IMG/VR virus record: IMGVR_UViG_3300025141_016305
Span: 32,001 to 96,000 of that record
DNA length: 64,000 nucleotides
Source of the DNA: a virus
Strand: one strand, 5' to 3'
A model generated the notes under the pieces. That model did no database searches, was not told the origin of the DNA, and saw nothing but the letters and a program-made list of their open reading frames with translations. Numbering within the stretch: position 1 is the stretch's first letter; every line of letters starts with the position of its first letter. Below, one piece after another: positions 1 to 8,631 of this stretch. Position numbers and translations under genes: made by a program.

Positions 1-420
1 AATGTCTCCGTAGTCCGGATCGAGAACAATGGTCAAAAGCTTCTCATAGGCCATCTTACCATACCCCCACACTCGGATTCCCTGATCTTCCTCCCCTCGA
101 ACCAAGACCGGTGAGAAAAAGCGTTGCTTAGCAAACATTTCCTTTGCTTGTCGCTTACTATCCTCAGTGCCCTCGTTCCAGAGCTGATTTGCAAAGTTGC
201 AAGCGGGACAGTCATCCCCAAAGTTTCGCTTCGGACAGAGAAAGGACTGTCCACCAATTCCGTAGTGGAAAAATTTCTCTTTGAAAGGGTCGCCGTCGGC
301 CGTCGAAACAATACGAATATTGCTCTCGCCATCCTCTGGTCTCCAGAAGTTCTTCTTTCCTTCGCCCTTTCCATTAAGTTTATCTAACTTCGCTTTCATT
401 GCGTCTAAATTAAGTGCCAT
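1..420 (-). CDS. T4 gp32-like single-stranded DNA-binding protein (N-terminal 140 codons; runs off the left edge; not in the ORF track)
   Basis: Manual translation from ATG at 418-420 gives MALNLDAMKAKLDKLNGKGEGKKNFWRPEDGESNIRIV...FFHYGIGGQSFLCPKRNFGDDCPAC...QRFFSPVLVRGEEDQGIRVWGYGKMAYEKLL. This has gp32-like FW.P...IR, H/C/C Zn ligands and V.VW.YG motifs. AGGAGG Shine-Dalgarno at 430-435. Confidence 0.85.
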   Translation of the reverse strand, partial: MALNLDAMKAKLDKLNGKGEGKKNFWRPEDGESNIRIVSTADGDPFKEKFFHYGIGGQSFLCPKRNFGDDCPACNFANQLWNEGTEDSKRQAKEMFAKQRFFSPVLVRGEEDQGIRVWGYGKMAYEKLLTIVLDPDYGDI

Positions 421-502
421 TTTTTATTACCTCCTATGGTATGTTGTTTTTTTGCACGTTTGGCTATAGCAGGTCAGCAAATATCCCGACCAACTGTTTA
501 TA

Positions 503-531
503 AATGTATCATATTTTTGTGATGATGTCAA
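503..531 (-). promoter_or_regulatory. sigma70-type promoter for the SSB gene
   Basis: Minus strand TTGACA-17 nt-TACATT with extended -10 TG. The -35 box overlaps the methyltransferase stop codon. Confidence 0.7.
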
Positions 532-1751
532 AAACAATTTTCAAATTGTTCTTCTGTTAGAAAACAGTTTTCTAACACTCTTTGTTTGAAAATGTATCTG
601 CCGCCAACTTTGACAGAAAACATCTCCCAGTCAATGTTGTTGAACACGCCTACTACTTTCTCGATATCCATTGTATCATCTTTTGGAAAAATTGCAAGGA
701 CACTTCCATCATAATTTTCACATTCATGAAAAAAAAACGGATTGGTTGTCCTTGTCTTGTTATTAACATAAATTCTTTTACCAGATTGATTTGACTGGGG
801 TCGGCCCCACTTCCACCAGTCCTTCTCGGTCCATTGTTTTTTTATTTTTCGATCAATTAGTTTTTCGCGGTTTGCTTCGAGCCATGACGTAGGAGAGGCC
901 TCGTCGATCATTCTCCTGGTTTTTCCAGTAGATCGAGTTTTTGAAAAGACAAAATCTTTGTTTCCCCTGGTGGGATCCACAAAAAAATTATCTAAACCTG
1001 TAACTGCGCCCACCTTAACTGCAAAGTAATCTCCAATTCTCATCAACTTAGAGACATCAATTCCGCTTTTTAGAAACCAAGAGATGCCCCGAGAGTCGAC
1101 ATAGTAGTTTTTTACACTTTGCTTTATAATTTTATTTTGCTCTTTGTCGAAAAGATGCATTTTTGTTTTTCTAGTAAAGTTTCCCTTTTCAAATCTAAAA
1201 ATGCAGGTTTCATGCTCAGGTGCAGCATCGGATCCGAATGGTGTAGTGTCCCCATAGAGAACTAAGTCTGTTATTGTCCCAAGTGATGACATTTTTTTAT
1301 TTAACTCTTGGCAACTGGTTGCTTTTAGAAAAACAGAAGGCACAATAAAAATCAATTCACCATTAGTATCAAGGTGATCCAGGCTTTTTTCTATAAAAAG
1401 AACAAACAGATTTGTCTTTCCAGACCACGTTCTCAATTGTGATACTTTTTCCCTTGTTGAATCAAGTATCTTATCATTTGCCACGTAAGGTGGGTTGCCA
1501 ATAATTGTAGCAAACTTATTTTCTGCACTGAAGTCGAAAAAATCCATGACAATCGCTTTTTTCGGCGCGACGGTGGCGTCCATCTCAACCCCAACAGTGC
1601 TGTGAGGTAACTTTTGTAAAAAAGCCCCATCGCCACATGAAGGCTCAAGCACTGGGCCAGAATTTTGGATCAAATCCAACATAAAATTAACCTCTCGGTC
1701 TTTGGTGAAAAATTGACCAAGTTGAAGTCTTTGTTCTCTGTTTTTTAGCAA
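528..1751 (-). CDS. Type II N6-adenine DNA methyltransferase (gamma class, resembles the Helicobacter GTNNAC M.Hpy8I/Hpy166II type)
   Basis: Motif X LGQFFT, motif I VLEPSCGDGAF, motif IV IIGNPPY; C-terminal VKVGAVTG, WWKWGR, KRIYVNNKTR and NYDGSVLAIFP segments match that family from memory. Confidence 0.92.
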   Translation of the reverse strand: MLKNREQRLQLGQFFTKDREVNFMLDLIQNSGPVLEPSCGDGAFLQKLPHSTVGVEMDATVAPKKAIVMDFFDFSAENKFATIIGNPPYVANDKILDSTREKVSQLRTWSGKTNLFVLFIEKSLDHLDTNGELIFIVPSVFLKATSCQELNKKMSSLGTITDLVLYGDTTPFGSDAAPEHETCIFRFEKGNFTRKTKMHLFDKEQNKIIKQSVKNYYVDSRGISWFLKSGIDVSKLMRIGDYFAVKVGAVTGLDNFFVDPTRGNKDFVFSKTRSTGKTRRMIDEASPTSWLEANREKLIDRKIKKQWTEKDWWKWGRPQSNQSGKRIYVNNKTRTTNPFFFHECENYDGSVLAIFPKDDTMDIEKVVGVFNNIDWEMFSVKVGGRYIFKQRVLENCFLTEEQFENCF

Positions 1752-2377
1752 TTTATAAATGATTCCTTAAGTATTTTAAGATCGTCCTGGGCTTGCTTCT
1801 TCTCAATTGATTCAATGTAGGCGCCAAGTACAAATTTGCGGGCTTGAGTGTAAGTCCTGCTCTGACTTGGTCTTTTCCAATTATACTTCCAATTTATTTG
1901 GAATGGCAAATTGTTTCCATTTGATGTAAGTTTTGAAAGCGTACATAGAGTTGTATGATACACTTTACCAGTGTTTTTGTCAATACAAAAAATATCCATA
2001 TCTCTAGGTTTTTGATGTTTTGAAACATTGTTAGCCAAAACTCTTTGTATTGTTTTGTGCCTATTCCCAAGGATATCAATCTCAGACTCTTCAAGATCTG
2101 TAAGCGCATACGCAATTGATTTTTTGCTGCTCCAATTGTCAGTGCCGCCGGTAGAAGACTTAATTTGCACTGGTTTGTCATTAATTTTTACATCATACCA
2201 GTGTCTAATTGGTGCTTTTTCTACCTTGAAGCCTTTGTGATTTTTTGAAATATCAATTAATGCATCAATTAACAAGTCTTCGTCTATCAGGCTGTTAATT
2301 CTTCCATCAGCATTCTGCTCACATACTGATATCTTTGCAAGATAATTTAATATCTCTATTGGTTCTCTTTGTTTCAT
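1745..2377 (-). CDS. Type II restriction endonuclease (PD-(D/E)xK-like, Hpy8I/Hpy166II-like), cognate to the adjacent MTase
   Basis: DGRINS, WYDV...VQIKS and NGNNLPFQINW motifs. Stop overlaps the MTase start. Confidence 0.75.
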   Translation of the reverse strand: MKQREPIEILNYLAKISVCEQNADGRINSLIDEDLLIDALIDISKNHKGFKVEKAPIRHWYDVKINDKPVQIKSSTGGTDNWSSKKSIAYALTDLEESEIDILGNRHKTIQRVLANNVSKHQKPRDMDIFCIDKNTGKVYHTTLCTLSKLTSNGNNLPFQINWKYNWKRPSQSRTYTQARKFVLGAYIESIEKKQAQDDLKILKESFINC

Positions 2378-3225
2378 TTTAAATTTATTTCTTGGATTTT
2401 GGGTGAAAAAAGCTCAACATAAATATAATCATTTTCATATTGAGTGGGATAAACTCCGAAGCTTACTTTTCTTTCCTCGGTTATTTTTTCTTTTATTTTG
2501 TCTGTTATTGTTCGAAAGAGATTTTCTTCAGTTCTTAATTTCTCTTCGTTAATACCATAATAGTATAACACATCCACTTCATCTTGGAAAGGAAAAAACA
2601 AACTTTCTTTGCCTTCCAGCGAGTCCAAGCCAATTGTGGTAATTCTACAAGACTCTCTAGGTTTTTTGAAAGTAGAAATAATAGGCTTCGTATTTTTAAA
2701 CACGTCTATCATGTAGTAAGTGCTTGTAAAAACATGATTTATTTGTTTAAAGTAGTCAAAAACGTTTGTTGAACCAGCAAGCTCCTCTAAGTGAAGATTG
2801 GATACAAGGCAAATTTGTTCAAACAAGCCACTTCTTGCAAAATTTTGTAAAACACCAGAAACAGATCTTTCATGAAGAGCCTTTGCATCTGATAAGACAT
2901 CCACTTCTGGTGTGAAATATATAATATCTATTTTTACTTTACTCTTATACAACACCTCAAGGGCTCGGAGTGTGATCCCGGCAGAATCAGACCCACCACA
3001 TACTATCACAGTGCAAGAATTATCAACTTTTTTAACCCAACGATGAAGTTTTGACATATCTAAGTTTTCATATTCTTCCGGTCCTGCGCATTCCGGAAGG
3101 GCAAATTTGTATTTTGATGTTTTGTTGATTTCGTTTGAAATATAAAAACATTCATATACTGGGTATTGCGACAATTGTTCTACCACATTACAACCGGCGT
3201 TGCCGATGCCTAAAAGTTTTTTCAA
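2374..3225 (-). CDS. Tubulin/FtsZ-superfamily GTPase (PhuZ/TubZ-like), divergent
   Basis: N-terminal LGIGNAGCNV (T1 loop), degenerate signature CGGSDSAG, YFTP...E, CLVSN and KQINH motifs in FtsZ/tubulin order; 283 aa. Confidence 0.7.
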   Translation of the reverse strand: MKKLLGIGNAGCNVVEQLSQYPVYECFYISNEINKTSKYKFALPECAGPEEYENLDMSKLHRWVKKVDNSCTVIVCGGSDSAGITLRALEVLYKSKVKIDIIYFTPEVDVLSDAKALHERSVSGVLQNFARSGLFEQICLVSNLHLEELAGSTNVFDYFKQINHVFTSTYYMIDVFKNTKPIISTFKKPRESCRITTIGLDSLEGKESLFFPFQDEVDVLYYYGINEEKLRTEENLFRTITDKIKEKITEERKVSFGVYPTQYENDYIYVELFSPKIQEINLK

Positions 3226-4352
3226 AACTTCAACTCCTTCATTTCTCCAAAATTTTTTCCGATTTGGATCGTGCTTAAAAATTGACCATATCTAGTTGTT
3301 TCGAAAATATTTTTAATTTCTCTCACCAAATCACGATCCTCCTTTGCAAAATCCAAAACCACCGAATCATGAAGTGTAAAAGCAACACTCGATTTTCTAT
3401 TTTCAAGAAGTTTCATTATTTTGTATGCATTTTCTATCACTATATCAGATGTTGTTGATTGAAGCAAGTAATTTTGTGCTTTTTTTTCCTCTACGTACAG
3501 CTTTCTGCCGTACGGGGTTGTGACAAGCTGGTCTGCGACGGAAAAAAAATCCCGGAAGATTTCGCGGTTATAACATTGCTCTAACGACTCGTCAATGGCG
3601 ACTGGATTATAGAGCCACGCAAACATTCTTTGTTTGGCTTCTGAGCGACTTAGCGAGCTATTGAATAGTTCTGATGTGTTCCACTCATGAAGGTCGATAT
3701 CCGGCTGTTCTTGGCCTGATAGGGCCAACAGGGTTCGCAATTCTGCTGCATTAATATCTAAATCAAGAAACATATCATTATTCGGTGTTAGTTCGGATCT
3801 TTGCTCTTTCTTTAGGGTCAAAACAGGAATGGAATCTCTAAATGTAGTTAATCTCCCGGTGGCGGAGCCAAATATATTATATCTTACTCTTCCTACTTTT
3901 TCTCCAAACCTAAATTTATTATGTGATATTTCTGTTGTTAAAACGTGTGCTTTGTGAAGAATCTCATAATCAGTTGGTTTAATGTCTGCTTGGTAAAGCC
4001 TGTTTAAACATTGTCTGCGAATAGAAAACCATCGTAAAAGCTGATTTTCTGGAATTATATCAAAGAAGCAGAGGTCATGCAATTCAATTTGTGCCGTTCT
4101 CGCTGCTTTTGCATGCGACTCCATTTTTAACTTGTATTCTTCATACATTTCCGGGTCTAGAGCGTATGGAGACAAATCTTCGCCTTTTAAGTATAGGAAC
4201 AGATATTCACACTTCTTGTCATCCAAAACAGGTGAATGTTTCCAGGCAAGGTTCGAACTCTCTACGATTTCATCAAAATTATCAAACAAAAACGAACTTT
4301 TATGAAAAATTCCAGTGCAATTATCTTTTATATCGAGGGTTTGTATAATCAA
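3222..4352 (-). CDS. Miniature family A DNA polymerase (polymerase domain only, 376 aa)
   Basis: ATGRLT, motif A DINAAELR, motif B RSEAKQRMFAWLY, TPYGRK, NYLLQST, motif C LHDSVV. No clear exonuclease motifs. Confidence 0.85.
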   Translation of the reverse strand: MIIQTLDIKDNCTGIFHKSSFLFDNFDEIVESSNLAWKHSPVLDDKKCEYLFLYLKGEDLSPYALDPEMYEEYKLKMESHAKAARTAQIELHDLCFFDIIPENQLLRWFSIRRQCLNRLYQADIKPTDYEILHKAHVLTTEISHNKFRFGEKVGRVRYNIFGSATGRLTTFRDSIPVLTLKKEQRSELTPNNDMFLDLDINAAELRTLLALSGQEQPDIDLHEWNTSELFNSSLSRSEAKQRMFAWLYNPVAIDESLEQCYNREIFRDFFSVADQLVTTPYGRKLYVEEKKAQNYLLQSTTSDIVIENAYKIMKLLENRKSSVAFTLHDSVVLDFAKEDRDLVREIKNIFETTRYGQFLSTIQIGKNFGEMKELKF

Positions 4353-5576
4353 TTAAGGGCCGTATATTTCTTTTAACTTGTTACTACAAATGGCTCCTAT
4401 TTTCTCAGAAGCCTGTCTTATACCATAACCCGGAAGGTCCAAAAGTTCAAGTATTATTCTGAGATTATTTGTAAAACCTGAGCCTCTCAAGGGCATGCCA
4501 AGTTCCAACATCCTGGTTATATACAACAATTGCATATTAAAGTGTGGATCATCGTATATGCCGTTTTCGGCCCCTGCAACTAATTCAGTAAAAGCGTCCA
4601 TGCCATTAAAAATCACATAAAGCTTAGAAACGAAGTTTCTTAAATAAATCCAGTCATCTAAGTGAGTTTTTTCAACTAAAGTATTATAATAATCCATGGA
4701 AGAATGCGAATCAGATAAATTTACACTTTGCACCATGTATTCCCTCATTTTTGGGGAGTCTAAATCAGCTATCAATCTCCATGGAACATTTTTATCGATA
4801 AAAAATCCATATGCGTTAGCGAAATCAGCAAAGCACCTGAACTCGGTGCTAGTTATCATTTCTCCTTTTGGCTCATCTATTGATCTGTTCAGAGACGCCA
4901 GTTCAATGCACAGGCCTGTCGTTAGAATAGAACGGTTTGCAGATGTAGAATAACCGCTCCTAGTGATTGGGTAACTTCTGGCGGTTATTCTATCTCCGTA
5001 GCCGCTTTGCATTGCCTTTAGAAACGCTTCGGCAACCCCTCGATAAGTGGTTGTGTCCTTTTGCCCAAAAGCTGGTCTTCCAATTGCAGCGGCAACTTTC
5101 CTTAAGTGAAAACCAGTATAATTTTGATATTGCCTTTCGAAGTCCACATACCCACTTTTTGGGACAATGTTTCCAATATGTTTGGGATAAGAAATAGAGC
5201 CTAACTTTTGCTCTGTATCAACAAAGCCAATTCTTGCTGCGAGTTCTGCTAGGTTTCCACCATTATCTATATAGTCTATGTATTCTTTTCTCATGTCTTT
5301 GAATGCCCGGGCAACAAAAGGCAAAACATACACAGACGAGGCGTACTCTGGAAAATTTTCTAAATTTGCCTGTTGTGACTCGACAATGGGGAATATTGGT
5401 TCAAAATTCTTATTAAAAATTCCATAATTTATTTTTTCAAAAAGAGTATCTATAGTTTTAAAAGATTGAAAACCAGAATAATTTTGATACTTCTTCCTTT
5501 CATCATACTCTTCAAACAGAGAGTTGGTACCACCACCAGTAAATTTAATATCATCAATAATCGCCATTGGTGTCAC
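4353..5576 (-). CDS. Hypothetical phage protein (407 aa), end of baseplate module
   Basis: Long ORF overlapping the upstream gene; conserved-looking YGFFIDKNVPWRLIADL segment; function not recognised. Confidence 0.6.
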   Translation of the reverse strand: MTPMAIIDDIKFTGGGTNSLFEEYDERKKYQNYSGFQSFKTIDTLFEKINYGIFNKNFEPIFPIVESQQANLENFPEYASSVYVLPFVARAFKDMRKEYIDYIDNGGNLAELAARIGFVDTEQKLGSISYPKHIGNIVPKSGYVDFERQYQNYTGFHLRKVAAAIGRPAFGQKDTTTYRGVAEAFLKAMQSGYGDRITARSYPITRSGYSTSANRSILTTGLCIELASLNRSIDEPKGEMITSTEFRCFADFANAYGFFIDKNVPWRLIADLDSPKMREYMVQSVNLSDSHSSMDYYNTLVEKTHLDDWIYLRNFVSKLYVIFNGMDAFTELVAGAENGIYDDPHFNMQLLYITRMLELGMPLRGSGFTNNLRIILELLDLPGYGIRQASEKIGAICSNKLKEIYGP

Positions 5577-8238
5577 CTCCCGAATCCATCGTACCTGCTC
5601 TTCTCTGGCTTACGCTTGATTCTAGCTCTTCTGCCTCTTCGCTTGTTGGGCGCAAGTTAGGTGGAACACCGCGGGGGGCATATTGCGAACTCGCGGGACT
5701 GGTTCGACGAGATGGGGCCGGGGTTGGCCTTCTGGAGCCTCCAAACTCTTGAAGGTCCCTTTCTCTCTGGCGAGCTTGCTCTTCTCTCATTTCCGTCATA
5801 CGGGGGCTTTCAGGTCCATAAAGCCCAGAATCACTTGGACTGGGCAGCGCTCGGCTTGTGGGCGATGGCGGAGGCTCAGGTATCTCTGTTGCATCTTCAG
5901 ACAATGCAGCATCAGCGGCATTGACCGAATTGACTGATGGGTTCTTGGTCGCTAGTTCCGGTGATGTGGGTAACTTTGTGGCACCTTCTCTAGTTGGACT
6001 AGAAAATGAACACTCTAAGTTTGTAGCCAAGCTTCCTTCATTTGTATAGGTTGTCGCCACTTTTATTACTGTATAGTAGCCACCCAAGCCCAAATTGGCT
6101 GCTGGGGAGTTTTCATCTCTGGGGTCTCCAAACCCTACAGAAAACGGATCAATGTAAATTTGACTTCCCGGAAAGAACATCATATTCCCAAACATTGAAA
6201 CGTTCGCATGATATGGCATCTTCAACTCATCATACAGTCCGATCTGACCAACCATCAAACCTTCTCTTCTATAAGTTATGTCAAATTTTGAAAAATTAAT
6301 ATTTTTTATTATACCACGATCTTTGCCTAAGTCAAAATGAAATATACCGTTTTTTAAATCCTTTTTTCTGTCTCCAGCCTTACGACTTGAGGGTATTTTT
6401 GTGTTTGTTTGCGGATATATAATAAAATATTCTCTTTCATTATTGGCTTTATCTATTTCAAAAGTATTCATAGGTATTGCAGCTGCCACTCCTCCGTCAA
6501 GCGGGCCCGGGGCTTGATCGGGAGAGATTTCTCCTGGTTCCATATCAGAAAAACTTTCTTTTAGTTTTGCACCAGTATAGGAAACAGCTGCAAAAGTTGT
6601 ATCTGTATTTTTAACAACATGAGGAGCAATGTCGTCAAAGCTAGAAAAAACCTTATCCAAAACAGCTTTGTAAGAATCTTCCAAAAACTTTTTTATAGTG
6701 TATTTCTTGTCAGCCATATTTACAACTTCATTAAAGATGTATTGCTGGTATATTTCTACTGAAACTGGCAAATCTGCAATATTAACTCTTGCAATTTTTC
6801 CATCATCGAAGCTTATATGCACATCTGCCAACAAAACTGTCATTTTTTTAAAATTTTCAAAATCTTCCTGAATCTGTTTTGCAACAGATTCATCTTCGTT
6901 TTTTGCCCTAGCATACGCATCCGTAAAATCTTTCTCTTTTTTCAAGAAAAAAGCCTCTATCATATCTCCAAAAGTAAAGAAGTGCAACGTTCTTGCAGAA
7001 GCTTCAAGTCTTTGCAGGAGATTCTTTGCCTCAATCTTTGCGTCTGTACTAGATGAAGGCTCATCTGCTGGGAGTGCCGGGGGCGTGCTGCCAGCTGTAG
7101 GCAAAGAGGATTCATCTTCTTGGCTTTCTCCTTTCAAGTGGTTTGGAAAAGAATACAGTTGCAAGAGTTCCGGAATTACATCGATGGAAAAGAGCCTTTC
7201 TCTTTGTTCTAAGATTTCACTAATTTTTCGAATTTCATTCTGAATTTCTATTACTTTTTTCTGTCTTTTTTTTGTTCGCGAGGCCACGTCTGAAGCGTTG
7301 GTGGGTCCTATCATGTTGATAGTTCTTCGCGGGGTCTTAGTCGACGATCGCGTGAGGGCCTTTTCAATCATATCTCCGGGGCTCTCAATCAAGCTTGCGT
7401 GATCTAACCTCGAAGAGTCAATAAATGCAGTAAATTCAACATCTATGGTGGCGGATCCATCTTGATTCACGTTTATGGTATGATCCCCGGGGTACATTCT
7501 TAAGGAGAGAAAGTTTTTTTCAACCTGCTCTATTTCTGCATCTGTAAAAACAGAACCGGCACTGTCGGCAGACGAATAAGCTAAAATAACAGCTATTTCG
7601 TTTTGCTTGCGAAGTTGGCCGCGGCCAACAACCTTTCCTCCTGCCTTTTTTTGTGATCCAGCCAATTCTGTAGAAAAAGTAAATAAATCTGCTAGACGCG
7701 CATAGCCTGGTTTTTCTATGAAAATATTTGCCAAACTATCAATTCTAAGTGTAAGATTGCATTTGATATATCTGGAAGAAGTGAAAAAATCTTGACCTTC
7801 GACAACTACACCGAAGTTTTCAATAGTTGTATTTCCTCCAACATAGCCCGTAAACTCTGCAGAGCTATTTTCAAGAGGATCAAAATCTGAAATTATTGGA
7901 AAATAAAAAGGTATCAATGTGTCGTTTGAAACTTTGTAAAATCTAATTTCGGGAACCAGCATGCTTAATTTATATGTCTCCATATCAAAAAAGGCCATGA
8001 CTGGGTCTTGAATTGTCGGATAATTCGCCCCTGATTTAAATTTGCTGTTTAAACTACTCACTATAGAGTCTGGGTCGTAATCTCCTTTTAATTTTTTGAC
8101 ATACTTATAGTAAAACCTATTTGGAGACGAGCCAAGCATTGGCATGTCAGTCAATAGGCTGGGACTCTTAATTCCCAAAAGCCACATTAAATATGCCTGT
8201 GAAACTAAAGAGTTTTTTGGGTTCTGTTTTTTACTCAC
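5554..8238 (-). CDS. Putative baseplate hub / tail-tip protein (gp27/gpD-like fold) with Pro/Ser-rich C-terminal tail
   Basis: ANVSMFGNMMFFPGSQIYI...GYYTVIKV pattern typical of contractile-tail hub proteins; lies downstream of tape measure and LysM-like genes. Confidence 0.5.
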   Translation of the reverse strand: MSKKQNPKNSLVSQAYLMWLLGIKSPSLLTDMPMLGSSPNRFYYKYVKKLKGDYDPDSIVSSLNSKFKSGANYPTIQDPVMAFFDMETYKLSMLVPEIRFYKVSNDTLIPFYFPIISDFDPLENSSAEFTGYVGGNTTIENFGVVVEGQDFFTSSRYIKCNLTLRIDSLANIFIEKPGYARLADLFTFSTELAGSQKKAGGKVVGRGQLRKQNEIAVILAYSSADSAGSVFTDAEIEQVEKNFLSLRMYPGDHTINVNQDGSATIDVEFTAFIDSSRLDHASLIESPGDMIEKALTRSSTKTPRRTINMIGPTNASDVASRTKKRQKKVIEIQNEIRKISEILEQRERLFSIDVIPELLQLYSFPNHLKGESQEDESSLPTAGSTPPALPADEPSSSTDAKIEAKNLLQRLEASARTLHFFTFGDMIEAFFLKKEKDFTDAYARAKNEDESVAKQIQEDFENFKKMTVLLADVHISFDDGKIARVNIADLPVSVEIYQQYIFNEVVNMADKKYTIKKFLEDSYKAVLDKVFSSFDDIAPHVVKNTDTTFAAVSYTGAKLKESFSDMEPGEISPDQAPGPLDGGVAAAIPMNTFEIDKANNEREYFIIYPQTNTKIPSSRKAGDRKKDLKNGIFHFDLGKDRGIIKNINFSKFDITYRREGLMVGQIGLYDELKMPYHANVSMFGNMMFFPGSQIYIDPFSVGFGDPRDENSPAANLGLGGYYTVIKVATTYTNEGSLATNLECSFSSPTREGATKLPTSPELATKNPSVNSVNAADAALSEDATEIPEPPPSPTSRALPSPSDSGLYGPESPRMTEMREEQARQRERDLQEFGGSRRPTPAPSRRTSPASSQYAPRGVPPNLRPTSEEAEELESSVSQRRAGTMDSGGDTNGDY

Positions 8239-8612
8239 TTTTCCTTATTCCACAATTGCAAAATATCTTTTAAAGGCCTAGGTATATAGATTATGTCTCC
8301 TGGCTTACAATAAAAATCAGCTGGCTTTTGGTTCCACCAAGCAATCAGGTACCAATACCTTGTATCGCCATATGCATCAAAAGCAATTTTAAACAATCTA
8401 TCCCCCAATTTAAAAATATATTTTTCGTTGTCAAAACTGGCTCTGTCTATTTCTGTAATCTCATTGATATCTTGTTTTGTGTATTGGTCTATAAACTCTC
8501 TTTGCCTTTTGGCTATATTGAGAGCCATTGGGTTACCTGCAGGACCGACATCTTTTGCGGCGTCATTCCTGACAACTTTTGTATTCGGATTTTTATATCT
8601 ATTAATAGGCAT
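8235..8612 (-). CDS. LysM-like baseplate wedge/tail protein (gp53/gpX-like)
   Basis: GDRLFKIAFDAYGDTRYWYLIAWWN...PGDIIYIP motif. Confidence 0.75.
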   Translation of the reverse strand: MPINRYKNPNTKVVRNDAAKDVGPAGNPMALNIAKRQREFIDQYTKQDINEITEIDRASFDNEKYIFKLGDRLFKIAFDAYGDTRYWYLIAWWNQKPADFYCKPGDIIYIPRPLKDILQLWNKEK

Positions 8613-8631
8613 CTCTTTTTATCCTCATATT

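Noticed and set aside
33-374. ORF-track 113-aa minus-strand ORF
   Set aside because: Wrong frame; it overlaps the real gp32-like gene (1-420), which has a strong RBS and family motifs.
2374-3225. Nucleus-forming (phiKZ-like) phage interpretation based on the tubulin
   Set aside because: Morphogenesis genes are T4-like, and no chimallin or multisubunit RNAP gene is recognisable in this window.
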